Source: Actinomycetota bacterium (GTDB taxonomy: Bacteria > Actinomycetota > Actinomycetes > S36-B12). From it: 56,397 bases of DNA. Position numbers and translations under genes: made by a program. A model generated the notes under the pieces. That model was given only the letters and a program-made list of their open reading frames with translations, was not told the DNA's origin and did no database searches. Positions 45,023-54,295 of this stretch are shown here, one piece after another; positions within the stretch are counted from its first letter, which is position 1; each line of letters starts with the position of its first letter. Where the stretch lies: positions 1 through 56,397 of the forward strand of contig CANFTO010000001.1 of the NCBI GenBank assembly GCA_947449945.1, written 5' to 3'.

Positions 45023-46432
45023 ATGTCGCACGAAGAAGATGTAATCGACGTATTGGTCGTTGGTTCTGGCCTTGCTGGATTAACCGCGGCAATTACCGCT
45101 CGCCAATCAGGGGCAGAGCAGGTGCTCATTGCGGAATCCCAGGATGTTGTCGGCGGATCCACGCGTCTTTGTGATGGCATGATCCTTGGCGCGAACACTC
45201 GTTTGCAGCGTAAGCACGGCATTGAAGACTCAGCAAAGAACTTCTTCAACGAATACATGGCGTGGACCCAATGGGAACTTCCGGGTGGCTTAATCAAGGC
45301 GTTCACGGAGGAGTCGGGGCCAGCAATTGATTGGCTCGAAGAGCAAGGTGTCGAGTTCCATGATCTTGTGATTTACGGCGGAAGTGAGAACATCCCTCGC
45401 GGAGTTGTGGCCAAAGAAAAGGGCCAGGGAATCGTCAATGTGTTGGCTGCGAAAGCCAAGTCACTGGGCATCGACATTGCCATCGGGCAGCCAGTGATGT
45501 CCCTCATTATTCGCGATGGCGCAGTTGTTGGCGCGATGGTAGGCGAGGATGAAGTCTTTGCGCGTTCAGTGATTCTTGCGTCCGGTGGCTACGGGGCTAA
45601 TCCGGAAAAGGTTGCAAAGTGGTGGCCGAATGCAACATCAGCTGGCGACTGGCTCTGGTACATGGGTGCCGACGGTGCCCAAGGTGACGCGCTTGATTTT
45701 GCTGAACAGGCTCATGCGCGCATCAGTGGGTTCGATCGTGGACTTCGTTTGCCACATCCCAATTTCGTGAATGCTCAAGAGCCGTATATTCCAGCCTGGC
45801 AGATCATGGTGAATTCACAGGGCTCACGATTTGTTGATGAGTCATCTCCATACGGTGCAGTTGACCGAGCCTTTTCCTTGAATGACAACCGCGGATTCAT
45901 TATTTTCGATGATCAGGCGCTGCATGTTGATCCGGACAATGAGATGCCTGCGTACAAGCAGGTAGTTCCTGCCTTTGGCAAGCGCCGCAGTGCAAGCTGG
46001 AACGTACCAATGATGGAAGAAATGATTGAGAAGGGTGCGATCACTAAAGCTAACTCAATTGCTGAATTGGCAACAGCACTTGATCTGCCAGATGAGCAAC
46101 TTGAGCACACCATCGCGCAATACAACACGGGTGCTGCTGACGGTGTTGACGCATTCGGCAAAGAAGCAAAATTCTTGCGTCCGATTGTGCAAGCACCGTT
46201 CTATGGCAAGGAAATCCGTCCGGCGACGATTGCTGCTACTGGTACAGGCCCAATGATTGATGCCAAGGCTCGCGTGGTCGATCACAATGGTGATCCAATT
46301 CCTGGATTGTTTGCCGCAGGTGAAGCAACAGGTGGATTCTTGGGTTACGTCTATGCAGGAAGTGGCAATTCGCTCGCTGGCTGTGCCAGCTTTGGACGCA
46401 TCGCTGGAAAGAGTGCTGCCTCAGCCCTTTAG
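45023..46432 (+). CDS. FAD-dependent oxidoreductase (FrdA / KstD / TcuA-like flavoprotein)
   Basis: DVLVVGSGLAGLTAA dinucleotide motif and a C-terminal GLFAAGEATGG...GRIAG motif. Confidence 0.8.
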   Translation: MSHEEDVIDVLVVGSGLAGLTAAITARQSGAEQVLIAESQDVVGGSTRLCDGMILGANTRLQRKHGIEDSAKNFFNEYMAWTQWELPGGLIKAFTEESGPAIDWLEEQGVEFHDLVIYGGSENIPRGVVAKEKGQGIVNVLAAKAKSLGIDIAIGQPVMSLIIRDGAVVGAMVGEDEVFARSVILASGGYGANPEKVAKWWPNATSAGDWLWYMGADGAQGDALDFAEQAHARISGFDRGLRLPHPNFVNAQEPYIPAWQIMVNSQGSRFVDESSPYGAVDRAFSLNDNRGFIIFDDQALHVDPDNEMPAYKQVVPAFGKRRSASWNVPMMEEMIEKGAITKANSIAELATALDLPDEQLEHTIAQYNTGAADGVDAFGKEAKFLRPIVQAPFYGKEIRPATIAATGTGPMIDAKARVVDHNGDPIPGLFAAGEATGGFLGYVYAGSGNSLAGCASFGRIAGKSAASAL

Positions 46433-47659
46433 CGGTTCAGTACCAATCACGTTCTTGACGAGCAAATCCGCATAATCGGATTCACTTACGCCAAGTTCAC
46501 CGCGCAAGATTTCTTCATTGTGTTGGCCAAGCATGGGTGCTGGCCGGCTATGAATCGAGCGGGAAGTTTCATATGAGAAATGCATTGGGAAAGTTGGGAA
46601 TAAGCGCGGGCCCGAGAGAGGGTGATCCAATTCCTGGTAGTACTCACGCTCAACAAGTTGCGGTTCAATGTTGTAATCCACAGGCTTAAGCAAGCGCGAA
46701 GCCGGAATGCCCGCGGCCTGCAACTGAGCGAGCATTTCGTCAGCAGTGTGCGCAAGCGTCCATTGCGCAACGGCATCATCAATTGCGTCGTGGTGCTTAT
46801 GGCGACCTTCAAGCCCAAGTGACGTTAGTGAAGCAAGTACTGGTGAACCTGTGATGGCAATGAGCGCTATCCATTCTTGATCATCACGAATAGATAGTGC
46901 AATGTATGTTTTCTCGGCATCTCCGGTTCGGTACACGCCTTGTGGGGCAAATCCTGGAGCGCGGTTACCAGGGCGCATTGGGGGATAACCGAACTGATCG
47001 GCAATCAAAATCGCGCCAGCCATCGCCATCCCGACTTCACTTTGTGGCACCTCAATGAGTTGACCATCACCAGTGCGATCGCGATATTCCAATGCCGCAA
47101 TGATTGCGGTCGTTAAATGCATCGCCACGATGGGATCCATGTAGCCACCAGGAGTTTGTGGGCGACTATCTGGGTAACCGGTCACTGTTGCAAAGCCAGA
47201 GACCTGCTCGAAAACATCGCCCCAACCCACGTAACTCTTCCAAGGGCCTTCATTGCCAAAGCTGGGTGCCCGAACCATGATGATGCCTGGGTTAATTGCT
47301 CTGAGGTCCTCGTAAGAGAGCCCTTGTTTTTCAACCACATGTGAGGCGTAGTTCTCAATGAAGATGTCAGCACTTGCGCACAACTGCTTGAGTAGGGCAC
47401 GGCCTTCATTGCTTGCGGCATCAAGAGTGATGTCGCGCTTATCGAGGTTTGTGGCTTGCCAGAGCAATCCGCGATCCATCCAGCGGTCACCAAGAATTGG
47501 TGCAGTGTGGTTTGCGCGCCACACGTCTGGGCGCTGCACACTTTCAACCTTGACTACGTCGGCACCTTGCGAAGCAAGGAACATGGTTCCGTAGGGAACA
47601 GACCAGAAATGGGCGAATTCAATTACGCGAATGCCAGCAAATGGCAATGGCTGGCTCAT
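46421..47659 (-). CDS. type III (CaiB/BaiF) CoA-transferase
   Basis: FAGIRVIEFAHFWSVPYGTMFLASQGADVVKVE. ATGA overlap with the upstream paralog. I trimmed the start from 47710. Confidence 0.85.
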   Translation of the reverse strand: MSQPLPFAGIRVIEFAHFWSVPYGTMFLASQGADVVKVESVQRPDVWRANHTAPILGDRWMDRGLLWQATNLDKRDITLDAASNEGRALLKQLCASADIFIENYASHVVEKQGLSYEDLRAINPGIIMVRAPSFGNEGPWKSYVGWGDVFEQVSGFATVTGYPDSRPQTPGGYMDPIVAMHLTTAIIAALEYRDRTGDGQLIEVPQSEVGMAMAGAILIADQFGYPPMRPGNRAPGFAPQGVYRTGDAEKTYIALSIRDDQEWIALIAITGSPVLASLTSLGLEGRHKHHDAIDDAVAQWTLAHTADEMLAQLQAAGIPASRLLKPVDYNIEPQLVEREYYQELDHPLSGPRLFPTFPMHFSYETSRSIHSRPAPMLGQHNEEILRGELGVSESDYADLLVKNVIGTEPLKG

Positions 47660-48744
47660 CGCTGACCTGCCGATGCGCTTTGACGTGCTGGTGTTACTGA
47701 TAAGCGCCACGGTGGTCCGGGAACTTGGTACTTCTGGTTGTTACCGTCGATCTCATAAAAGAATGGACGTTCTTGCCATTGTTCAAGAGCAAACATTTCC
47801 TTGCCCTGCGTCACCGGGATTGTTGGTACGCGCATGCTCTGGCCAAGCGTCACGAGCTCATTCACCGTTTTGTCCGCAAGAAATGTATCTACTTTGGCGC
47901 TGAACTCATCAAGTGGGCCTTCTCCGCGATTCATTTCTTGCATGAATCCGTAGTAATCCTCAAGGCCGGTCATTCGGCAGGCGTCTTCCCATTGAGCTTG
48001 TGTCAATGTGTTAATGCCGACCCAACCATCCGCGCAACGACGAATGCCAAAGGGAGAAATCAAAATGCGATCACGTGGCACGCCAAGTTCACCGCGAGCG
48101 TCATAACGCAGGCGGTCGTAACACAGCATTGAGTGGGTAGCTTCAAACTCAGAGAAATCAACGGTGATGGGTCGTTGCTGTTGGTGTGCGGCGCGATGCG
48201 CAGTGAGTGCACTCACTGAAATGTATGCACCTGTTGCCCATTCATGCATTTGCCCGCCAACTTGAACAGGTTCCATCACTACTTCTTTGCGACTTGTCAC
48301 CCATCCAGCTGCAGCTTGCACAATCAGCGAGGTTGCTGGGCGATCGCGGTATGGGCCTGTTGATCCCCATGGAGTCACATGCACCAGAGCGAGTGGTTTG
48401 TTGTTGTGAAGAGTGAGATTGAGCGCAGCGAACTCATCTGGCTGCAGAGTGGTCAAAATGATCTGAGCACTGGCGACCAGAGCGGCAAATTCAGTGTTAC
48501 CCGGAGTTGAGTAATCAATGGCGACACTGCGTTTGCCGGTATTGAGAAAGTCGAAAACTGCGTTGTGGACTGCAGTATCGGGCGGAAGAGCGGGGTGGCC
48601 GGCGCGCAGCGGATGCCCGTGCTGGTCTTCGACCAAAATCACATCAGCACCGAGATCTGCAAGCAAGAGTCCGGCATAGGGCACGGCAAAATCCGCTGCT
48701 CCGCCTACTTCAAGTACGCGAATTCCCTCAAGCGCCTTCGACAT
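47656..48744 (-). CDS. type III (CaiB/BaiF) CoA-transferase
   Basis: LEGIRVLEVGGAADFAVPYAGLLLADLGADVILVED. I chose ATG 48744; ATG 48753 is an alternative and the track gives 48843. Confidence 0.85.
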   Translation of the reverse strand: MSKALEGIRVLEVGGAADFAVPYAGLLLADLGADVILVEDQHGHPLRAGHPALPPDTAVHNAVFDFLNTGKRSVAIDYSTPGNTEFAALVASAQIILTTLQPDEFAALNLTLHNNKPLALVHVTPWGSTGPYRDRPATSLIVQAAAGWVTSRKEVVMEPVQVGGQMHEWATGAYISVSALTAHRAAHQQQRPITVDFSEFEATHSMLCYDRLRYDARGELGVPRDRILISPFGIRRCADGWVGINTLTQAQWEDACRMTGLEDYYGFMQEMNRGEGPLDEFSAKVDTFLADKTVNELVTLGQSMRVPTIPVTQGKEMFALEQWQERPFFYEIDGNNQKYQVPGPPWRLSVTPARQSASAGQR

Positions 48745-48830
48745 CGCGCCCATCCTTTCGACATGGCTTAGTCTAAAGGGACGATATCCCAAAAGTATTT
48801 TCTCTGGTCTTTTATCGAAAATGAGGATAG

Positions 48831-49520
48831 ATGTATTTCCCAAATGACCAAGCTAAAGCCGTCGGCCAAATAGTGGCATCGCGTCATAGCTGCCGCGCAT
48901 TCCTTCCTGCGCAAGTACCAGCCGCGCAGATTCGTGACATCTTCACCTTGGCCCAGCAAACTCCCTCGTGGTGCAACACCCAGCCGTGGCAGGTCAATTT
49001 CCTGTCCGGTTCGGCTACTGCGGAATTCTCACGCCTGTTGAAGGTTCATACGGAACGCGACCCGGCAGGCAACCCAGATCTGAATTTCCCTGCGCATTAC
49101 CCAGGTGAATTCGGAAAACGTCGCAAGGCATCTGGCAAGGCACTCTTTGAAGCTGTTGGTTTAGCGCGCGACGACCTTGATGGGCGAACTCGGCAATCTG
49201 CATTGAATTATGAATTCTTCGGTGCGCCGCACGTGGCAATAATTTCGGTCCCTAAGACCCTCAACGATTACGCACTCGTTGACGCTGGTGGTTACGTGTC
49301 AACACTTATGTTGATTGCCACGAGTTTTGGTTTAGGAACAATCGCGCAAGCTTCTATCGCGAGATATTCGCCAGTTGTGCGCAACTACTTCACACTTGAT
49401 GAGGAGCAGCGCATCGTGTGCGCGGTTTCATTTGGATATGCAGATGAAAGCAATTCTGCTAATAGCTTTCGCACCGAACGCAGTTCGATCGATGATGTTG
49501 CGATCGGCCTTCCTCAATAA
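48831..49520 (+). CDS. nitroreductase family protein
   Basis: SRHSCRAFLP...PSWCNTQPW N-terminal nitroreductase signature, 229 aa. Confidence 0.8.
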   Translation: MYFPNDQAKAVGQIVASRHSCRAFLPAQVPAAQIRDIFTLAQQTPSWCNTQPWQVNFLSGSATAEFSRLLKVHTERDPAGNPDLNFPAHYPGEFGKRRKASGKALFEAVGLARDDLDGRTRQSALNYEFFGAPHVAIISVPKTLNDYALVDAGGYVSTLMLIATSFGLGTIAQASIARYSPVVRNYFTLDEEQRIVCAVSFGYADESNSANSFRTERSSIDDVAIGLPQ

Positions 49521-50600
49521 CTACTTCCAGCTCTTCACTACTTCAGCAAGAGTGGACTTGGTGCCGCTTCGTTGTTCATCGAAGTCAATCGGATGCGATG
49601 AAAGTCGCGGAGCTGGAGCAGCCTTTAGCTCACCGTTGCGTCGCGTAATCGTGTTGCGCGCCTTCATGTGTGGATGATCCGGCGCTTCAAGGTGCGTAAG
49701 CACTGGAGTGACGCAGGCGTCAATGCCATCAAAACGCGCCGTCCAACTATCGCGATCATCAGTCTTAAAGATCGCATCAAATTGTTCTCGGAGGGCAGGC
49801 CAGTTCGCCTTGTCATCTCTATCTAGCAACGTGGCTTCATCGAGTCCTATGACCTTGATGAAAGCCGCATAGAACTGAGGCTCCATCGCACCGACGGCCA
49901 TGAACTTGCCATCACGACATTCATAGACGCGGTAGTACGGCGCACCACCATCAAGTGAGTTTGATTCACGCTCCGTTGAAAATGCGCCACCATTCGACAT
50001 TTCTAAGAATGGCTGCATCAGCACACTTGCGCCGTCGACCACCGCTGCATCGATGACTTGACCTATACCGGTGGTGGTTCGCTCAAAGAGTGCGGTCAAG
50101 ATGCCGACAATCAGAAAGAGGGAACCGCCGCCGTAATCACCAATGAAACTCATCGGAGGAACCGGTGCTTCCTTAGGCCCGATGGAATGCAGCACACCAG
50201 TCAAGCTGATGTAGTTAATGTCATGGCCAGCCATCTTGGCCATAGGGCCTTCTTGGCCCCAACCTGTCATTCGTCCGTAAATCAGACGTGAATTTCGATC
50301 AAGGCACACATCGGGACCAAGGCCCAAGCGTTCAGTAACTCCAGGTCGCATGCCTTCCAGAAATACGTCTGCTGATTCAACAAGGTCTAGGACCATTGCC
50401 ACATCATCAGCATTCTTCAGATCCGCATATACCTCGGTGCCCAGAAATGGCGACCATCCAGTGAGAGCTGCAGGATTTGAAGGCGGACGAGAGATGCGCA
50501 CTACTTCAGCACCCATATTGGCCAGCATGTTGACTGCGAAAGGCACGGGACCAAGGCCAGCAAGTTCAACAATTCGAATTCCAGCGAGCGGACCAGGCAT
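49521..50600 (-). CDS. type III CoA-transferase, alpha-methylacyl-CoA racemase-like
   Basis: PLAGIRIVELAGLGPVPFAVNMLANMGAEVVRISRP. The length (359 aa) and motifs resemble the Mcr/Amacr subgroup. Confidence 0.8.
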   Translation of the reverse strand: MPGPLAGIRIVELAGLGPVPFAVNMLANMGAEVVRISRPPSNPAALTGWSPFLGTEVYADLKNADDVAMVLDLVESADVFLEGMRPGVTERLGLGPDVCLDRNSRLIYGRMTGWGQEGPMAKMAGHDINYISLTGVLHSIGPKEAPVPPMSFIGDYGGGSLFLIVGILTALFERTTTGIGQVIDAAVVDGASVLMQPFLEMSNGGAFSTERESNSLDGGAPYYRVYECRDGKFMAVGAMEPQFYAAFIKVIGLDEATLLDRDDKANWPALREQFDAIFKTDDRDSWTARFDGIDACVTPVLTHLEAPDHPHMKARNTITRRNGELKAAPAPRLSSHPIDFDEQRSGTKSTLAEVVKSWK

Positions 50601-50680
50601 GTGTACTCCAAGACGTTGTGAAGAAGTGTGAGCATATTCGGCGCAGGATCAAAGATGCGCAATGAGTGACGAGATAGATT

Positions 50681-51373
50681 GTGACGGTGAGTGTTCCTTC
50701 GGTGAGTCAGCAGGCCCATCGACCTTCTGGGCGAATGTCTGCTCAGGTATATGAACTCTTGAAATCCCGGCTGGTAAGCGGCGAATTTGCACCGCAATCG
50801 TGGATTCGAGTGGAAACCCTCAAAGTTGAATACGGCGTGAGTAAGCAGCCGATCATGGATGCGCTACGAATGCTGAATGCCGATGGCCTGGTAGAGATTA
50901 TTCCTCAGGTCGGCTGTCAGGTTGCAAGCTACACAGCCCTGGAAATCGCTGACTTCTTCAGCATGTTTGGTGGAATTGAAGGCTCGATTGCCGCTGCGGC
51001 TGCGATTCGGGCAACGCCTGATCAACTGAATGAACTGCGGCGCATCTCGAGTGAAATAGCTCAATTGCGCGCGCTCACTGACAGCGCACAACGTTCGCAG
51101 GCTTACTTGCATCTGAATCGTCAATTCCACGCAACGATCTATGCCATGGCCAATTCTCGAATCATGACTGAATTGTCACAGCGCATGCATGATCTCTCAG
51201 ATTTTTTGATCAACACTTCTGGTCTTCCAGGGGCCTTGAGTGGGGCGCTCAACGATCGACATGACGACCATGAACACATCATTGACGCATTAGCCGCCGG
51301 CGATGCGGACCTTGCGCGATCTTTGACACACGAGCACATCGCGACAACGGCCCACATCACTCACCGCGAGTAA
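50681..51373 (+). CDS. GntR family transcriptional regulator (FCD subfamily)
   Basis: wHTH (VYELLKSRLVSGEF...YGVSKQPIMDALRML) plus an FCD domain. The track start is GTG; ATG 50735 is an alternative. Confidence 0.8.
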   Translation: MTVSVPSVSQQAHRPSGRMSAQVYELLKSRLVSGEFAPQSWIRVETLKVEYGVSKQPIMDALRMLNADGLVEIIPQVGCQVASYTALEIADFFSMFGGIEGSIAAAAAIRATPDQLNELRRISSEIAQLRALTDSAQRSQAYLHLNRQFHATIYAMANSRIMTELSQRMHDLSDFLINTSGLPGALSGALNDRHDDHEHIIDALAAGDADLARSLTHEHIATTAHITHRE

Positions 51374-51401
51374 CTGCAGGCCGTTGCGTGACGTATGTGC
51401 G

Positions 51402-53186
51402 CTAATTACTGAGAACGGCCTTTAATGCGGCATTGAGTTGTTGCGTTGCCTCGGCTTGATCGCTGACATCGTTGAGTTGACGCCAAGCAATGAAGCCATC
51501 AGGACGCACAAGCAATGCTCCCGCTTCATCGATCTCTCGAATGCGAGCCCAGTCACCATAAAGGTCGCGTGCGTTAGGCGAATCGATGACCACGGCTTGC
51601 AGGAATGGCAGGTCCAATGCGTTCACTGCGTCTGCCCACGCCTTGCCCGCAAGTCCGGTAACGAGTGAAAGTTTTCCCTTGCCAACAACATCCATCGTTG
51701 AGACTCGAAGGCCGGCTTTATCAACGAGCCAAGCATGCGGAATCTTTGCGCCTGGGCGAGTGGATGCTTGGTAATACAGCTCGCGATCTTGTTCCCAGGT
51801 TTCAACGGTGCCATCAGACACCACGGCGTTTGACTCGTAACGATGATTGACTTCAACGCCAAGAGCGTTGAATTCGTAGTTGCGCAATTCAACAGCATCG
51901 CGAAGTGCCGCGCGAGCTTGTGCACCTTCGAGTGTTGGATCGGCCAATTTGTCCAAGCCACCTTGAATGCGATCGGCAGCTTCAGGTGCTGCAAAGGCTT
52001 CGCGAAGGGGAGCGTAGGTGTGACGTGATTTATTTGCACGTGTCACGATTTGTTCGCCAACGGGAACGCGTTCTTGGCTATAGGAATCAAGGAGTTCTGG
52101 TCCGGCATAGCCGTTAATGACATATGCCAGTTTCCAAGCCACATTAAACCCATCGCTAATGCAGGTGTTCGAACCAAGCCCGCCTGATGGTGGATGACGG
52201 TGCACTGCGTCTCCTCCGCAGAGCACGCGGCCTTTTTGGAAGTGCGTAGCATGCGATTGATTGACAAACCATGTTGACGACCACTTCACATCGATCTCTA
52301 GATCAGGATCCCCGACAAGCGCACGGATCTTGCGGGTGACTGTCTCAACATCTGCATCAGGTGCAGTGAATTGCACAGGTCCGCTGTGGAGATTATTTGC
52401 TTCCTTGACTTCTTCGACCTTGTTCATGTCAAAGCCCCAGCCAGCGATCCACTCGTTCCATGGGCGAACAGTGCGTAGGAGCCCCATACCAATCTCACCG
52501 AAGTCAGCCTCTGGCGTCATCACCCAATACAAAATGCTTGGACGGTGTTCTACGTATTTCGAAAGATCGGCATGGAACAGTGTGTACAGAGTTCCCGCGC
52601 GCGCAAGGTGCCCTTCGAACGGTAGATCAAGATCTTCAACGATTTTGGACTGTGCACCGTCAGCGCCGACGAGGTACTTGGATCGAATTTCGTATTCGCG
52701 TCCGGTCAGACGATCACGAAGCGTGGTCGTGACGCCATCGGCGTCTTGGACATGTGACACATATTCAGTGTTCATGCTGATCTGGGCCCCGCGCTTAGCT
52801 GCGTTATTCATCAAGATCGGTTCGACGATGTCTTGAGGCACATCGAGCAGGGTGCATGGGCTGGCCTGGAGATAGTTAGTTGCACGATCAGGTCCGGTGC
52901 CCCAGGTGCGCAGTCGGGCTACTTCTTCTCCGGCCAGGCTGGTGGTAAACAAGGTGTCACCCATGAGTTCCCAAGGCACGGCATATTTGGTTACTTCACC
53001 TTCAACACCTAGATCGCGCAACACTTCTGCTGCACGCTGGTTTGTGATGTGAGCGCGTGGTGTATTCGCAAGCCAGTTCCACTTTGAGACCACATGCACC
53101 TTGACGCCATAGGTAGCCAACGCAAGTGCAGTTGTCATACCGGTTGGGCCGGAACCCACAACGAGTACGTCCGTTTCGAAAGTCAT
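51402..53186 (-). CDS. PheA/TfdB-family FAD-dependent aromatic (phenol-type) monooxygenase
   Basis: DVLVVGSGPTGMT, GGDAVHRHPPSGGLGSNTCISDGFNVAWKL, and a thioredoxin-like C-terminal extension (594 aa). Confidence 0.85.
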   Translation of the reverse strand: MTFETDVLVVGSGPTGMTTALALATYGVKVHVVSKWNWLANTPRAHITNQRAAEVLRDLGVEGEVTKYAVPWELMGDTLFTTSLAGEEVARLRTWGTGPDRATNYLQASPCTLLDVPQDIVEPILMNNAAKRGAQISMNTEYVSHVQDADGVTTTLRDRLTGREYEIRSKYLVGADGAQSKIVEDLDLPFEGHLARAGTLYTLFHADLSKYVEHRPSILYWVMTPEADFGEIGMGLLRTVRPWNEWIAGWGFDMNKVEEVKEANNLHSGPVQFTAPDADVETVTRKIRALVGDPDLEIDVKWSSTWFVNQSHATHFQKGRVLCGGDAVHRHPPSGGLGSNTCISDGFNVAWKLAYVINGYAGPELLDSYSQERVPVGEQIVTRANKSRHTYAPLREAFAAPEAADRIQGGLDKLADPTLEGAQARAALRDAVELRNYEFNALGVEVNHRYESNAVVSDGTVETWEQDRELYYQASTRPGAKIPHAWLVDKAGLRVSTMDVVGKGKLSLVTGLAGKAWADAVNALDLPFLQAVVIDSPNARDLYGDWARIREIDEAGALLVRPDGFIAWRQLNDVSDQAEATQQLNAALKAVLSN

Positions 53187-53210
53187 GTCTATTCCTTGGG
53201 TTGTGAGTAG

Positions 53211-54149
53211 TTAGGCCTGTTGAGCAAAGGCGATGCCGAAGCCGGCGACCCATTCATCAATTGCTCGGTAATAGGAAAGTGAAGTGTTGTATTTACCTGC
53301 GACACCGAGGGCTGCATACGCCGCGATCCAGCAGCGCACTTCGTGACCTGAGTGACCGCCTTGTTCGGTCATCCATTCAGTAGTCCAATTGTGAATCGGT
53401 GAAAGATCCCCTGACGTCAAAATGTTCATGAGGTCGGTATCCCACTTTGGGTTCAGCGGCATGATGTTTGCGCGACCAGCAGCAAATTCAATTCCTGTGG
53501 CAATCACTCGTGCTTCGTGTGCAGCCTGTGCATCGGCTGGGCGATTACGGCCAGCAATGAGGCGTTCTTGAACTTCAGGTGGAACTTCCGAAAAGCGTGG
53601 CACAGGTGGGTCATGTGAAAGGCCACCTGATGCGATGAGCAGGACTTTCTTATCAAGGTTTGCAATGACTCGACCAACTGCTTCACCGAGCACGATGGAG
53701 CGAAGAGGCGGCCCCATCGGTTCTGCGACTGAGTTAATGATGATGGGAACGATCGGCTTGGCATCGAGTGATCCAAGTAGGAGTTCTAGTGATTGGGCGA
53801 CGCCATGATCAACGAGCAAGCGCTCGCTATAAGCAATATCTACGTCTGACGCGAAGAGCTCTTGAACAATTGCTTCACCCAATTCACGGTCAACATTGAG
53901 CGGGCCGGAGAGTGTGCCGTAGTCACCAAACGAACGGGCCTGAAAGCCAACACAAAACGGCGGCATCATGTCGTAAAGTAATCCGTTGTAATGATCCGGC
54001 GCGAACATCACTATGACATCCGGATCAAACGCAGCGATCTTCGCTCGAGCATCTGCAAAGACCGCTTCAACTTCAGCCCGGACCCCAGGTCCAGGTTCGT
54101 TGAAGTTCATTAATGGGGTGTGGGCCATTGCGCAGATTGCCAGCGGCAT
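53211..54149 (-). CDS. mhpB: class III (LigB-type) extradiol dioxygenase, MhpB-like (2,3-dihydroxyphenylpropionate 1,2-dioxygenase family)
   Basis: Blocks IAAFDPDVIVMFAPDHYNG..YDMMPPFC, VDHGVAQSLELLLG, SGGLSHDPPVP, PLNPKWD and YYRAIDEWVAGFG closely follow E. coli MhpB as I recall it. Confidence 0.75.
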   Translation of the reverse strand: MPLAICAMAHTPLMNFNEPGPGVRAEVEAVFADARAKIAAFDPDVIVMFAPDHYNGLLYDMMPPFCVGFQARSFGDYGTLSGPLNVDRELGEAIVQELFASDVDIAYSERLLVDHGVAQSLELLLGSLDAKPIVPIIINSVAEPMGPPLRSIVLGEAVGRVIANLDKKVLLIASGGLSHDPPVPRFSEVPPEVQERLIAGRNRPADAQAAHEARVIATGIEFAAGRANIMPLNPKWDTDLMNILTSGDLSPIHNWTTEWMTEQGGHSGHEVRCWIAAYAALGVAGKYNTSLSYYRAIDEWVAGFGIAFAQQA

Positions 54150-54162
54150 AGGAGACCTCTTT

Positions 54163-54255
54163 ATCTCGTCGAGATCTTCAACCTACTAGCATGCTAGTGA
54201 CTGGTCAAGGGGGAAATTTGGCATTCCGACCCCACCATGGGTCGTCACTGACGAC
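54163..54255. promoter_or_regulatory. three perfect palindromes in a divergent promoter region
   Basis: ATCTCGtCGAGAT (54163..54175), ACTAGCATGCTAGT (54185..54198) and GTCGTCAcTGACGAC (54241..54255). Confidence 0.35.
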
Positions 54256-54295
54256 ACTTGGCTCCTGAAAACGCCCCGCAGCTAAGGAGTCCGAA

